From: the human T2T-CHM13v2.0 reference genome, Homo sapiens
Strand: one strand, 5' to 3'
NCBI RefSeq assembly: GCF_009914755.1
Contig: NC_060926.1
DNA: 64,000 nucleotides
The notes below the pieces were generated by a model. The model saw nothing but the letters and a program-made list of their open reading frames with translations, searched no databases and was not told where the DNA came from. Positions 1 to 13,270 of this stretch are shown piece after piece (position 1 is the stretch's first letter; each line of letters opens with the position of its first letter). The position numbers were made by a program, and so were the translations under genes.

Positions 1-103
1 GGGATGTTCTCACTTTGGGCCACGGTTCTAGGCTTGAGGGTGGGGCTTCACCAGGGACCCCTTCCTTTTCTGCCTAGAATTTCTCTGCCTCCTGTTCCCA
101 TCA
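1..103 (-). mobile_element. 5' end of an ERV1 LTR (MER52/LTR27/LTR28-like), cut off by the window edge
   Basis: The reverse complement reads TGATGGGAACAGGAGGCAGAGAAATTCTAGGCAG...CCCCACCCTCAAGCC...GGCCCAAAGTGAGAAC, matching the recalled start of this LTR group. Confidence 0.65.
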
Positions 104-684
104 TAAGGAGATACTGGCTTCTTATGTAACTTTGAACCACTGGTCCTGGTCTGCCCCCTAGAACCAAAAAACACAAGTTCAATCCCTGTTCTATCTTATA
201 GATATTATGTATTAAAATCCAGCTATCTTTAACTTATGAATTTATTCAGTTTGCAGCTTATAGTGTCTATAGTGTCTTATTCAAAGTTGAATAGACCTGT
301 ATCTTCCCATAAGGAGTCTTCAGTCCATTTGTGTTCATGTCTCTTCTTCAATCTAAAATCTCTCAGTTCTCTCAACTTTTTACAAAACACAGAAACTTCT
401 GTAATTTGGTTCTCCTCCTCTAGACTTCACAAGGAAAATATTATTACTAATGATAGTTATTGAGGATCCACTGCAAATTTGGTCCTGGACTGGGTTCTAT
501 AATAATCCTAACTATTCTGCAAGGTTAGTATTAGGTGAGTATTAGTCCTAACTATCCTGCAAGGCCTGTATTAGCCACGAGGAACTGCGTGGCTCATAAA
601 GTAAGTGATCTTGGTTCACACAGCTAGTATGCGCTAGGTGGGCTATCTGAACAAACGTTGACCCCCAAACCTCCAGTTTGAGAC

Positions 685-715
685 TGTGTGTGTGTGTGTA
701 TGTGTGTGTGTGTGT
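685..715. repeat. (TG)n microsatellite with one interruption
   Basis: Directly visible. Confidence 0.95.
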
Positions 716-1473
716 TTAAGGGGTAGCAACTGGAATTGAAGATAGTGCATTGTCTCTACCTTGTTCATAGTAGAGAAGACCATCTCCCTTATATATGAAA
801 GCAAATAGCTCTTAGTGGTAACACTTTCTTTTGGGTACTTCACTACATCACATAAAATATAGTAAAGTACATTGATATCCCACATGAAATGTATTTCTTA
901 TCATAAAATTTTTGAAAGGATTTTAAAACAATCTTTTGAAAAAAATTTTATCAAGAGTGACTCAGTTAATTTATGATTGGCAATGATTTCTTGGCAGGCA
1001 TCGTGCATACTCAGAAATTCTTATAAAATGAGAAAATCTAACCTACAAATTGTTTTCAAATGTAATGAAATTTTTATGAACACTAAATATAACAAATAAT
1101 GAAGTTGACATCATGTTACATTTTGTGGATGTTTAATTAAACATTAATTTCAATCTATCAGTTTTATATTTTAGAAACGGTAAATCTTTTGAGGTCTTAA
1201 AACATTTTTATAAGCCTTTGAAAGGAACACAGGCTGTAAGTGCTGTGTGGTAAGAGACTAAATAACACTGAGTCTTTCACATTATTTGGCTGAGACAGAA
1301 AAGCCACTACATCCATGGTGTGGCTTAAGACGGTGACCACTGCTTCTTTTGGAGGCCATATTATTGACTTTCCTTTTCCTCCTGTGGCCCTGTCAGCCTA
1401 TCTTCCTCATTCTGGAAACTGGATAAAAGGGTCCTCTATTGGACAAAGTTTCGTGGGTCTTTCAGCTTCTCTT

Positions 1474-2326
<853 letters not shown>

Positions 2327-2879
2327 CCTTGATTACCTCTATCTTTGTCTTTCTTGGTCAGCGCCCCCAATCCATGCTGACTTGTTCCTTTACTTCTAAT
2401 CTTGGTTGAAAAGTCACCCTGGTGTATCTGGTTTCATGAGTTGCCACCAAGGGGCTGCACAATGCAACCTGAAAGTGAGAGCGACCTCATTTCAATCTTG
2501 CCCAGTAGGAAACAAGAGAAAGCAAAGAGCCAGATAAATTCCCCATCCCTTCTCCCTTCTTGCTTCTCTTCTGGAGAAGTCCTGTTTGACTTCTGAAGCA
2601 GGGCCAATGTAGAAATGCATAACATTGTGTATTCCTTTTCCTTATATCCCTTTTTCCTTCACTCCCAAACACCCTGGGTTTTTGTACTTTAATTCTTGCC
2701 TCTAGCTTTACCTTCTAGAGAACCCAGTTGAGAGAAAGCTAAGCACCAAGTTGTCATTCACAGATTTTGCATCAAGTAGCTTTCCTTGACCTGTTCTTTA
2801 AACTGTGTCCTGGCTGCCTCTGTAGCCACTGACTTTTGCTTTTGGTTCTCCTGTTGGTTTTTATTTTCAGCTCATCCTT

Positions 2880-3200
2880 GAATATTACATTCCATAAGGT
2901 AGATCTAGAAAATATTGAACTTCCTATTGACTACACAGACTGCTAAGCCTAGGCCACTCTTGCCTTGCCTATGTACATTTAGATTTGCTAGCACAATTGC
3001 AAGACCTTTTATTTGTTCCTGTTAAATCTGATCAGTTTAGTCAGCTCATTATTGCTATCACCTGTCAAAAACATTTAGACTCCAGATATAGTCATTTTCC
3101 ATATTCCTCAACAGTCATCCACAAATTTGATGAGCCTTTTCATTTTTCCTTCATTCATTTATGTTAGTTTATACAAGCCATGGTGGATGAGAGAAACAGA
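2880..3200 (-). mobile_element. Degenerate CR1/L3 LINE reverse-transcriptase fragment
   Basis: GTCATCCACAAATTTGATGAGC reverse-translates to LIKFVDD, resembling the CR1 FADD motif. Boundaries are approximate. Confidence 0.5.
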
Positions 3201-5159
3201 GAACCTGTAGAAATCTTCAAAGCCCTCATTCTCAGCTTTTAAGCATATTTGTTTGTTTACTAATTCAATTGTCCTTTGCCTACAGGTAACTCAATGGCAT
3301 TCTACAAACATGCATTCAATGAGTGCCTAGTTGTGTCTATGTGTCTCTTGTTGGGACACAAAGATAAAGGAGATGTTAAAGAATTTTTATTGGTGAGGAT
3401 TTCTTTTCTTTAAAGGAAGATAGGTCTGTGGTAGAGATATTGCCAAATAAACCTGCCGTTTGGCCACCCCTCAAATCACATGGAGTCGGTAGCTACCTGC
3501 ATCTTCTCCATGAAACGCTGACTCTCATCAAGAAAAAAGAGATGCAGTTTAAGAATGCTCTAAGAAATTAGATAAACTAGTGAAAGAATCACTTTCTCCC
3601 GCTGAAAATTGAGTTTACAAAAAAGGTGTGAATTTAGAAACTAAAATAGCCTCCTTCCTAAGCACCTACTGGTGTCGATGAAAATTCTTTGCCAATTCAC
3701 AAAGTCCTATCATGGTTGCAAATTACTCTGTCACAATAATTGTTCCCTGTTAACTTTTCAGGCAAGAGTGAGAGGTTTGTTGAATGGCAAGAAGAACATC
3801 TGGCATTTCTGGTTTCATATCTGGAATTTCAGCAAATGTCAAATACACATTTATTATAAGAAAAAAGGAAAAAATCAATGGGGAAAGAAAACTTAAAGAG
3901 AGCAAAACCATTGGAAAATAATAGTACCTATGTACTCTCAGGAGTATGTCAGAACTTTTCTTAAATTCATCGTTAGCATTTAAAAATGAACTTTAATCAT
4001 ACTCTGAGACAGGTATTTCTTCTAAGGAATTGGTGCAAACTGCCATGAGTAGTAGAAACAGGAAGAAATACAAATCTCTGAAAACAAATGAGAAATAAAA
4101 CACATAGATTCAATCACCTAGATAATTTAGATACTATGGTGAAACACATGGAGAGAAACACAAGCCAAGACATACTGCGACACACAAGTAAGTCAATGGT
4201 GACAGTCAAGGCAGCAGGTGAATCAATTCCAAAGAGTGCCATTGGTTAGAGTTTACCAGGAGACCAACTGAGCCGGATGGGAGGAAGTTTGCTGTTGTTT
4301 TTTGTTTTGTTTTGTTTTTGTCATTTAAAGGGCTCTAAGCTTCCAGATGAGCCTCTCTCCCCTTTTATTTGTCTCTTTCCTCTTACTTCAATGGGTTCAG
4401 TCTTATAGAATATTGCTAATTTGAATACTTGTTAGAAGCAGGAAACCTGAGCTACACAGGGCTCATTAGGAATCTGTTAGACATGGAAAGCTCGAGTTCA
4501 CCTGATGCTGTCTTGGATCATGACAGATCTGAGCTGGAGAGACCAGCCTAAGTCAGACCTGGGGCAGGTGGAGGAGGTTGTGTATCTGGTCTGGGCAGCT
4601 GTCTAGTAGCCTCCTGGCTGTGGCCTCCCGGGTGGCAGCCTGGCAGCATTTGCCACCACAGGGAACCGAAGGCGAGGGGAAGAGGAAAAATTACAGTTTG
4701 CAACTCAAATAAATCCCCAAGGATTTATGACTTAATCTTAGTGCATTATCACTGAAAGAAACACAATCCAGTTAACTGAAAGTAATTTAAAAAGCAATTT
4801 TAATCTTTACTTGTTCTCTCAAGGAACATTAAAAGGGATCCAATTCATAATCTACAGCAATATGTGGGAAAATCCCCTTTCTTCTCCCTTTCAATTCTTT
4901 TACACACACAACCCCCCATACACGGGGTTTCCAGAGCTTCTCTTTCCCTGAACCCCTCACTCAACCCTCCAGCCTCCGTAACTCCCAGAAACAACACCTG
5001 CACAGACTCTTTCTTCTTTCCCTGGGGTCACCAAAACACACCTGTCTGTGCGGTTCTAAGAATGCTGGAGACCCTGCAATTCCCTCTGAAGGCAGCACAA
5101 AGACCCCACTTCCCACTCAGGTCTCTCACCGACTCTCCCTGCTCTTTTTGTTCCTTTGT

Positions 5160-5287
5160 AGCATTTCCAGATAAAATACAGGACATCCATTTCAACTTGA
5201 ATTTTAGATAAATGATGAATAATTTTTTAGTATAAGTATGTCAAAGTAACATGTCTTATATTTTTATTTTCTAAATCTGGCACCCAT
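5160..5287 (+). mobile_element. MER53 hAT MITE, internally deleted
   Basis: CCAGATAAAATACAGGAC...TTTTTTAGTATAAGTATGTC...CTAAATCTGGCACCC matches the recalled MER53 ends. Confidence 0.75.
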
Positions 5288-5699
5288 ATCATTTTTGAGA
5301 TTATTATTCACCAAAACATTTTTTTTCACTTAAAGAGAAACAACACACTTTTGAAAGGATACTTTTAGAAGTATTTGGTAGGAAACTGAAATGGCCTGGA
5401 ATTTCCACTAAGTGAGACAGGGAATAGTATTGTTTGCTGTTATTGTGGAGCTGAGCCACTTCATCCAGCTTCCCCCATTAGAAAATGCTTGGCCAACATT
5501 AATTTACATGTATAAATTAAATATGTTTACATACTTTCGTCTAGAAGTTTAGAATCTGCCTACCTTAGTACTTAGTATACAATAGATGGTACAAAATAGA
5601 TCTTTTTGAGTGTAATTAAAAGATGCCTGTGTTATCTAAAAAAAAAAGTACCCCAAACACATATGGATACAATCAGTTCCATGTTAAATTTTATGAGAC

Positions 5700-5980
5700 T
5701 GTGAGTTTTGTCTTAATATAATACCGATGTATTTATTCTAAAGATGTTGCGCCAAACATATTGGAGTCCTCTCAAGCCGCTTCCAGACCTCTTTATGGGC
5801 CACACACAAGAATCACTCTTCTTGCTTTATGGTCTCTCTTTGATTTGTCCTTAGACTGTATGACCCAGCTGGATCTCCCGCTTCACCCACCCTGCTTGGT
5901 TCTAAATGACTTTTGGCTATCTCCAAAAGGTTACATCTATCCTCTAAGGATGAAGATTCACAACCATTGAGAATACACTG
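5700..5980 (+). mobile_element. MARNA-like mariner remnant
   Basis: CTAAATGACTTTTGGCTATCTCCAAAA...AAGGATGAAGATT; the translation HPPC..NDFWLSPK echoes the mariner HPPYSPDLAPxDFxLFPK motif. Confidence 0.6.
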
Positions 5981-8024
5981 ACATCTCAATTAGCGGATCC
6001 CCTGAGAGCAAAGCTCTTTCATAATAAAATGCCCGTATTAAAAATGAGATTAACTCCTTATAAATCATACACAATGGAGTGGGCCGGTATACTAAATGCA
6101 CAAAAATGCCTTCTGAAAGAGCTTATCTTTGCCTCTGTTCAGCTCAAAGCAAAAAAGTACTGATTCTACTCCAAACTGCAAGTCAACTTGCTCCCCCGCT
6201 CTCTGTTGAGTACATTTCTGCACCCCTGACTCAGTGGCAATCCCCTCCTCTCCAACTTAGCATACCTCATGCCTTCTCCACACTTTAAGACTGTGAAGAA
6301 TTGACACTCATCGATTCATTACCTGATTATACTTTACTGGAAATTCATTGATTCAAAAATACTTATTGAAAGTAAGTTTCAGTCAATGTATTACTTTAAC
6401 CAACAACTTGACATATGGTTGGTATTAAAATCTTTGTTCCTGGATACAGGAGAGCCAAGAGTCATTAGGTGGATATATTTTAGGAGATGAGAGTGCATCT
6501 GAAATTACTGTCTGCTACTGAGTGAGCATCCAGATTTAGGAGGGCAAAGAGAGAGGGGCCAAGTATTATCTTTTATATTCAAATGATTCCTGTTGTTTTG
6601 CAGAGAAAGTGGAGGTTGGCCCAGGTTAAGGTTGCTGGAAGTCTATTTCTCAGAGCAACTGGGTGTAGAGCAGCCTGTGAGAGACCTTATAATTATATTC
6701 TCTGAGGACTTCCCCTACCACTCTTTACGGTTGAAGAAAGTAAATCCAACAGGGTGGAAGGCAAAATGAAGAAAGCATATAGATTTTGGTAAATTTGCCT
6801 TTCATTAGTAAAAACGACAAGGCAGTGTCTGGTTCTTCAAATCCAGTAAAGTTTTCTTCCTAATTTACATCCTGACATCATTAAAGGCAACCATATAATA
6901 CCTTAATATCAGTACAGTATATTCATACTCTTTTAAATATTTCTTAACCAAATTTGGAACAATGACCTGGAAGATTCAGTATGTAATTACCTTGATTTTT
7001 TTTCTTTTATAAAAGTAAACTTCTAGCTGGCATATTGCTGAGAACATCCAGCATTTAAAGGTTCTGGAAAGTGACATATGGGGGTGATGGTAGATGCTTA
7101 AATATGGTTGATTTTTCTACATTCAGGGAGAAGTGGAGGTGTTCCTGCCTTATTCATGCCTCTCTCTAGGCCGTAAAAGCAGAAATAAGCAAAATGATGA
7201 TGCATTGTGATGATGAATAATAATAATGCAAAATAGCAATACCTGTCTTCAGATTGTGAAAGCAGTTTCTTAGCCTTTTTGTATGCAGATGAAGAGGTGG
7301 ATTTTTATAGCAAATCTGCCTTCAGACCTAAATGCCCTCCTACACCACACACCCGTTTCCAAACACAGGCTCACACTTGGGAATTGAGAGGGTGACTTAA
7401 AAATCAGGATGTCAGAAATGGGACAAAACTGGTTTTGTACCAAAAAAATTTCCTGATCATTTTGATGGGACATATTTATATAATTGTTCATAACAGGCAT
7501 TTTTTTGAGTGTGAAAAATGACCTGTATTGAAATTGTAGAAAACAGAACAACTGGTCATAAATGACTATTTCCTGATGAATAGAAATGAGATAGAAATGA
7601 AAAAGCACACATCTATGAACAGAATGAATGACAACATCTTTATCCTGAAGGCAAGAAAGAAATGACAATGCTCGAATATCAGTTATACATCAGGTTTCTG
7701 CAAAATCTTAATTTTCATTCAGTTCCAAGCCACTTGTTAATTCAGGTCTCTTTAGAACTTCTAGGAGATATATTCTGTACCAACTTCTTCAAAAGTTCTC
7801 TCTTTTCTGATGTATTGGAATAGTTTGAAGGTGGCTGAGAAAAATATCTTGTTCTTCGTAGTTATTGGTTCAAAATTTCTTTCTCTGATGGTTTCATCTA
7901 TAGGATTTCTAATTTTTGCCTCCAAAGAAATTGCATTCAATTGGAAACTGTGATCTTATGCTTAATAAACAAGAGAACACCCTGAAGATGATTCTAGAAA
8001 ATTCCAGCAGGTATGAAAATTATC

Positions 8025-8078
8025 ATCAAGGTGGTAGGATTTTGGATCAAGGTGGCAGGATTTTGGATCAAAGTGGCA
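8025..8078. repeat. 21-bp tandem repeat, about 2.6 copies (ATCAAGGTGGYAGGATTTTGG)
   Basis: Directly visible. Confidence 0.9.
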
Positions 8079-8772
8079 CTATTTAGACTTTTTAATTGAT
8101 ATTCAAAACAACGAGAAAAAATTTCTGTGGGCCTTGTGGCTAAATTGACCTTCCGATTTTAGAACTGTAAAATATGCTGAGAGATGATATCTGATACAAT
8201 GACTACACTAAAAAAGAAGCTTTGTAAGTTAATAACTGACTTTAATTCTAAATAGGTCTCTAAAGAAAGGAAGGAACGGTTGAAGGGTACATTCCCTGTA
8301 GACTGGGGATTATAACATTTTTTTCTAAGGAAAAAGTACTAAAGTTTTAAATATAGATTTTAGACATGCTAATATTTGTTCTAGGAAGAGGATGGGTGAA
8401 CTTGAATTGAAATAATACCAGAAGCAAGAAGACCAAAAAGGCAGCATAATGAGAAGTAAGATAGCTTTGAAGAAATTAGACAAAACTGCAAGAGAACTTG
8501 TTTAAGGATTCAAGGAAAAAGTATACAGACCAGCAAAAAAAGTGAGGAGGCTAGATTATGTAAGGGAGCTGACCGGAGAGCTATGGCCACAGGCAAAGAA
8601 AAGCTAACTGAAGGAAAAGAAGATTACAGGGAACAATAGAACTGTAATATTGGCCATAGTGCAGCTGGGTATGGCTTGCATACCTTAAGATCATTTCCCA
8701 CAATAGTAAGGTGGTTTTCTTGTTTGTTTATTTTCTGTTACCAAATAGTGTCCAGAGTAGGTGTCATGTGGC

Positions 8773-9135
8773 TGATATGGTTTGGCTGTGTCCCCACGCA
8801 AGTCTCATCTTGAATTGTAGCCCCTATAATCCCCACATGCCGTGGGAAGACCTGGTGGGAGGTAATTGAATCATGGCAGTGGGTCTTTCCCATGCTGTTC
8901 TCATGATAGTGAGTAAGTCTCACGAAATCTGATGGCTTTATAAAGGGCAGTTCCCCTGCACATGCTCCCCTGCCTGCTTCCATGTGAAATGTGCCTTTGC
9001 TCCTCCTTGCCTTCTGCCATGATTGTGAGGCCTCCCTGGCCATGTGGAACTGTGAGTCCAGTAAACCTCTTTTTCTTTATAAATTACCCAGTCTCAGGTA
9101 TATCTTCATTAGCTGTGTGAGAACGAACTAAAACA
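8773..9135 (+). mobile_element. THE1B/C ERVL-MaLR solo LTR, full length
   Basis: TGATATGGTTTGGCTGTGTCCCC...ACTAAAACA, 363 bp, with a perfect 5-bp TSD GTGGC (8768-8772 and 9136-9140). Confidence 0.93.
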
Positions 9136-9664
9136 GTGGCCAGCCAGTGAAGTCTGAAAGGTATAAAGGACAGGTCCTAGGTGTGTAGTCTTTGGGAGGT
9201 AATATTAGATATTTACTGCAGGTAGATCATGAAGAAATGTTCACAGTGGGAGTTATCTTGAGCCTCTGATAACTCTAATATCCTGTAACGAAGTCCAGTT
9301 TCTCTGGTGTTGGCCCCACCTCTGATTTGCCATATGGCCTTGTCCAAGGTGCTTAAGTCCTTTATGGTCGTGGTTTCCTTGTCTGTGAAATATGAAGTGG
9401 TTTCAAACTATGCTCACAGAGGCCTAGAGCCCTGAGAAGGTGCCCTTTTGTGGCTAATAGGTGGTAAGTTGGAGCAGGCTCCATTGTTGACCCTTCTCTA
9501 ACCACATGTAATTCATTTTGTATTTTGTAGGTCCAGATACAACTTCCTTTTATAAATTCCCTCTGCTTTAAAAAGATTTGAAAACTACCGTTAAGCAGAG
9601 AGCCGCTAAAAGCTCCTTTTAAGTTATGCATTTATACTACTCTATGTTATTCTTTTCCACAAAA

Positions 9665-9971
9665 TTTTTTTTTTTTTTTTTTTTTTTTTGAGATGGGTTC
9701 TCTTTCTGTCTCCCAAGCTGGAGGGCAGTGGCGTGATCTCGGCTCACTGCAACCTCCACCTCCTGAGTTCAAGCTATCCTCCTGCCTTAGCCTCCTGGGT
9801 AGCTGGGATTACTGGCATGCGCCACCATGCCTGGCTAATTTTTGTATTTTTACTAGAGGCGGGGTTTCACCATGTTGACCAGGCTGGTCTCGAACTCCTG
9901 ACCTCAGGTGATCTGCCTGCCTTGGCCCCCCAAAGTGCTGGGATTACAGGCGTGAGCCACTGCACCCAGTC
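9665..9971 (-). mobile_element. AluS element
   Basis: Long poly-T, a full antisense dimer and a CACAAAA TSD remnant. Confidence 0.95.
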
Positions 9972-10024
9972 CACAAAACATTTCTTGATGCCACGTGTGC
10001 CAAAACGAACACTGATATGAGGGG

Positions 10025-10506
10025 AAGCGTCAGGGATCCATTGCCTCAAAAATGCCAGTAACAACCACAAAACTTGGTGGCATACAACAATAGGCATTTA
10101 TTGCTTGTGTGTCTGCATGTGGGTGATTTAGGCTGGGGGCTGGGAGGGCGGGGTGGTGCTCAGGACTTGGATGGCAGTCAACTGGGGCCTCACCCATTTG
10201 AACTTAGCTCCAGATGTGCTGGCTGTTGGCTAGGCAACTCGGCCCTCCTTCATGCATCTCTCATGTTCCCCTAGCAGGCTAGCCTGGTCATATTCTCACA
10301 GTGATGGCACGAGGTAAGAAGAGGGGGCAAAAAACACAAGAGCTTTTTCAGGATTTTCGAGTCTGTGCTTGCATCAAGTTTGTTATTGTTCTAATGGCCA
10401 AAACAAGTTGTATGGTCTAGCCCAAAGTCGGTGTGTGAAGGCACTTCCAAAGGGTGCAGATATAGGAGCCATGAAAAAGAGCCATTAATACATTCAGTTT
10501 ACCACA
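10025..10506 (-). mobile_element. Old MLT1 (H/I/J-like) MaLR LTR
   Basis: Typical MLT1 motifs: AACCACAAAACTTGGTGGC...CATTTATT, ATGGCCAAAACAAG, and a terminal TTTACCACA. Confidence 0.6.
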
Positions 10507-13034
10507 GGGAAATCATAAGTCTTAGGTTCTCACAAAAGTGGCCAAATAGGTTGCACTACAGATTCGAGGTTGGTCACTGATAAACAAAAAGAGATGGTAG
10601 CCTGGTTGATCAGAACAGAATAAATAAATATTGCCAGCCAGCCTTTAAGCAGGAGAGTATGTGAGTATGAAAGAAATTACTCTTTCAATGAACCCCAAAC
10701 CTCAGATTTTTCTCTAAAGCACTCTTCGAAGCTTTCCAAGGTTTTCCACTAGGTACCAATCAGGTCACATCACTCATGCATTTAATATTTGAGAAAGCAA
10801 ATGCCCATGGAAAGCATAGGAAGAGTGAGAATGATTTCAGTGATGCCACGAGATTTGCAAACCTCAGAGTGTGTGTGAGATAGTATACTCCTTTCCCCTC
10901 AGAGTGTAAAACTGCAGTCTGCAAAATACAAGCCCACTGAATCAAATAAATGCTGAACCAAATAAATGGTGACTTATACCAATGCAGGGGGAAGTCTGTC
11001 CATGTTTGAATAAGAAGTTTGATTATGAACACTTTTGGCCTCACCTGCTGATTTTAGAATCTTGTTGAAGATACAATTCTACCCAGCATCCCTGATAACA
11101 AATTTTTGGATTGAAGTTGGGAGACACTGCAGACATGTCACGGGCCTTCCATCAGATCAGCACTGGGCATAGTTCTTTCCTACAGCTGTGAATCCTGCCC
11201 CGCCCTTGGAGGTGAACACCAGGACCTTCATGCCCAGTAATTCCTTTAAGCTGAATTTGAAATGTGGCCCCAGACTGAGCAGTGTTTCAGTGGGTGACAC
11301 TGGATGATCTTTTACAAGATTTAATAAAAAACCCAAAGCCAAACACAAATGGTTCTGATGCTCACCTTGCCAATAACTTCAACCTAAATAACTTAACAGG
11401 TCAATTTGGGCTCACTGTCAAGAAATGAGTCAAGAGCAATATTACAAAGATTGAAGAGAAGGCATGTATGCTGCTCCAGCATTGTTTTAGATAGTGCATA
11501 AATAGAAGTAGTTATTTCTCTAGATGGGCGTCTGTCAAGCCTTCTCCCCAAGAAATGGCATTTGGGGTGTCACATCCAATTCAGAGATGTCAGTTGACAG
11601 CCTTTAAAATGTTCTTGGGATAACCCCTCTGGATAAGAAAAGCATGTCCTAGGCACTGTGACGAGTATGACCTTGTCATAGACATACACCAAAGCAGCCC
11701 TTGACAACAGCATCCATTTCTGCTCCTCTTTAGAGTGCTGAGTGACAACTGTGGTCAGATGAAGGTGGAAAGGGAACAAAAACATGAAACACAGTGATTT
11801 CCAATACATTTTTTTCCTTGTCTCAGGGCGAAAAATTACACCATTATGTCATTTTCGTGATGTGCTCATCAACAGGAGTGAAAACCTCATTTGTCATCTT
11901 TTGGTCTCATAGAAAATCAGAGTTTAGAGAATTCAGCTAGGCTGTCAGCATTCTTTGCTGTCAACAAGAACAGCTGAAGGAACGCAGCAGGAACACAGGG
12001 CCAATGAGAGCTGCTGGGCCCAGATGCCGACGCCGACTATGGAAAGTCACGGAAGGCTCTTCTGTTCCTCAGCGTTCCAATCCAATTTGCGGAAACTGTT
12101 TATCAGGTTTCTATGCAGACAGGATGTAAATATGTCACTGAAATCTGCAAATACGATAATGAAAACTGATATTTGTAATTGTATCTGTGTGGTCGTACTG
12201 ACTCAAAACTAAATGGATTTCCAACCTAATATTGCCAAACCAATCCTTGAAAAATGTGAGACCCATTACAGTGGAAGAGTGGCGTCGCTTTGCACATCCT
12301 GACGCGATAGGGACATCTCTGTCATTTTGCGTGATTGAAATATTCTGCCTGTCTTCTGGATTTGCCTTGCCACAGTTTTAAACCCATCTCTTGTGCTGGA
12401 AAAGTAGATGCCATGTTCCTTCCATTGGCCCCACTCTGGAGAACAGGCGCTGTGCCATCCCAAAGAGAGGGATCCAGATGGACACTGCATCTTCCCTCGG
12501 GTGGCCTCCATGAAGCCCTCTCTTATTCTAAAGGGTTCAAAGCCTCATGCTGTCACTTACGGTCAAATGACAGGAATCTTTGTAAATCCCCACTGCCTCC
12601 TGTCGCCAGCTCAGCACAGTGCCACAATCCCAGAAATGTCATTCTAGCATTTAAGTCACTGAAACACATTTAAATATTTACTATGGACTCTTAAATGGGT
12701 AGATGGGAGAACAGTCTCTTAATAAGTCACACCTTACGAACCACCCATCTTTTCTCTCTCTCTCTCTCTTTCAATATTTCCAACACCAGGTATCTTTTCC
12801 CATCGCACATTCCTCAGAACTCTTCCTTCATCTCGGCCCACACAGATTCTCTCTTCTCCTTTCTTTTATTCTCTTGGACTCAGCTCTTTATTTTGTAGAG
12901 TAACGTGGCTTCTCAATTCCCGTTCCCCACATTTTGTGACACAGAAGACCCTGGATGCCTGAGGAAGGAAGACTCCCTTTCCCCTCGGGTTGGGCGGAAA
13001 GGACTGGGAAAAATCACAAAAATGTGTAACTTAG

Positions 13035-13138
13035 CGATTGAACCCAGGAGGCGGAGCTTGCAGCGAACCAAGATGACGCCACTGCACTCCAGCCTGGGCA
13101 ATGGAGAGAGACTCCATCTCAAAAAAAAAAAAAAAAAA
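13035..13138 (+). mobile_element. 5'-truncated AluY (last ~85 nt plus poly-A)
   Basis: GGAGCTTGCAG AluY diagnostic, A18 tail, TSD GTAACTTAG at 13026-13034 and 13139-13147. Confidence 0.85.
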
Positions 13139-13159
13139 GTAACTTAGTTTCTTTTTCCA

Positions 13160-13270
13160 AAGTCCTCATTACACTCCTGAGCCTCAGTTTCCCCATCTGT
13201 AGAGTGAGTATCATAGCAATAAGTCCCATATCTCAGGGTTATTGCCAGGCATCAGTGAAAACGGGGTATG
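13160..13270 (+). mobile_element. MIR fragment
   Basis: CTGAGCCTCAGTTTCCCCATCTGTA core. Confidence 0.75.

Noticed and set aside
505-565. Small local duplications (CCTAACTATYCTGCAAGG; also CCAATACTTAGAG at 49245-49272)
   Set aside because: Ordinary slippage duplications inside old repeats, with no sign of function.
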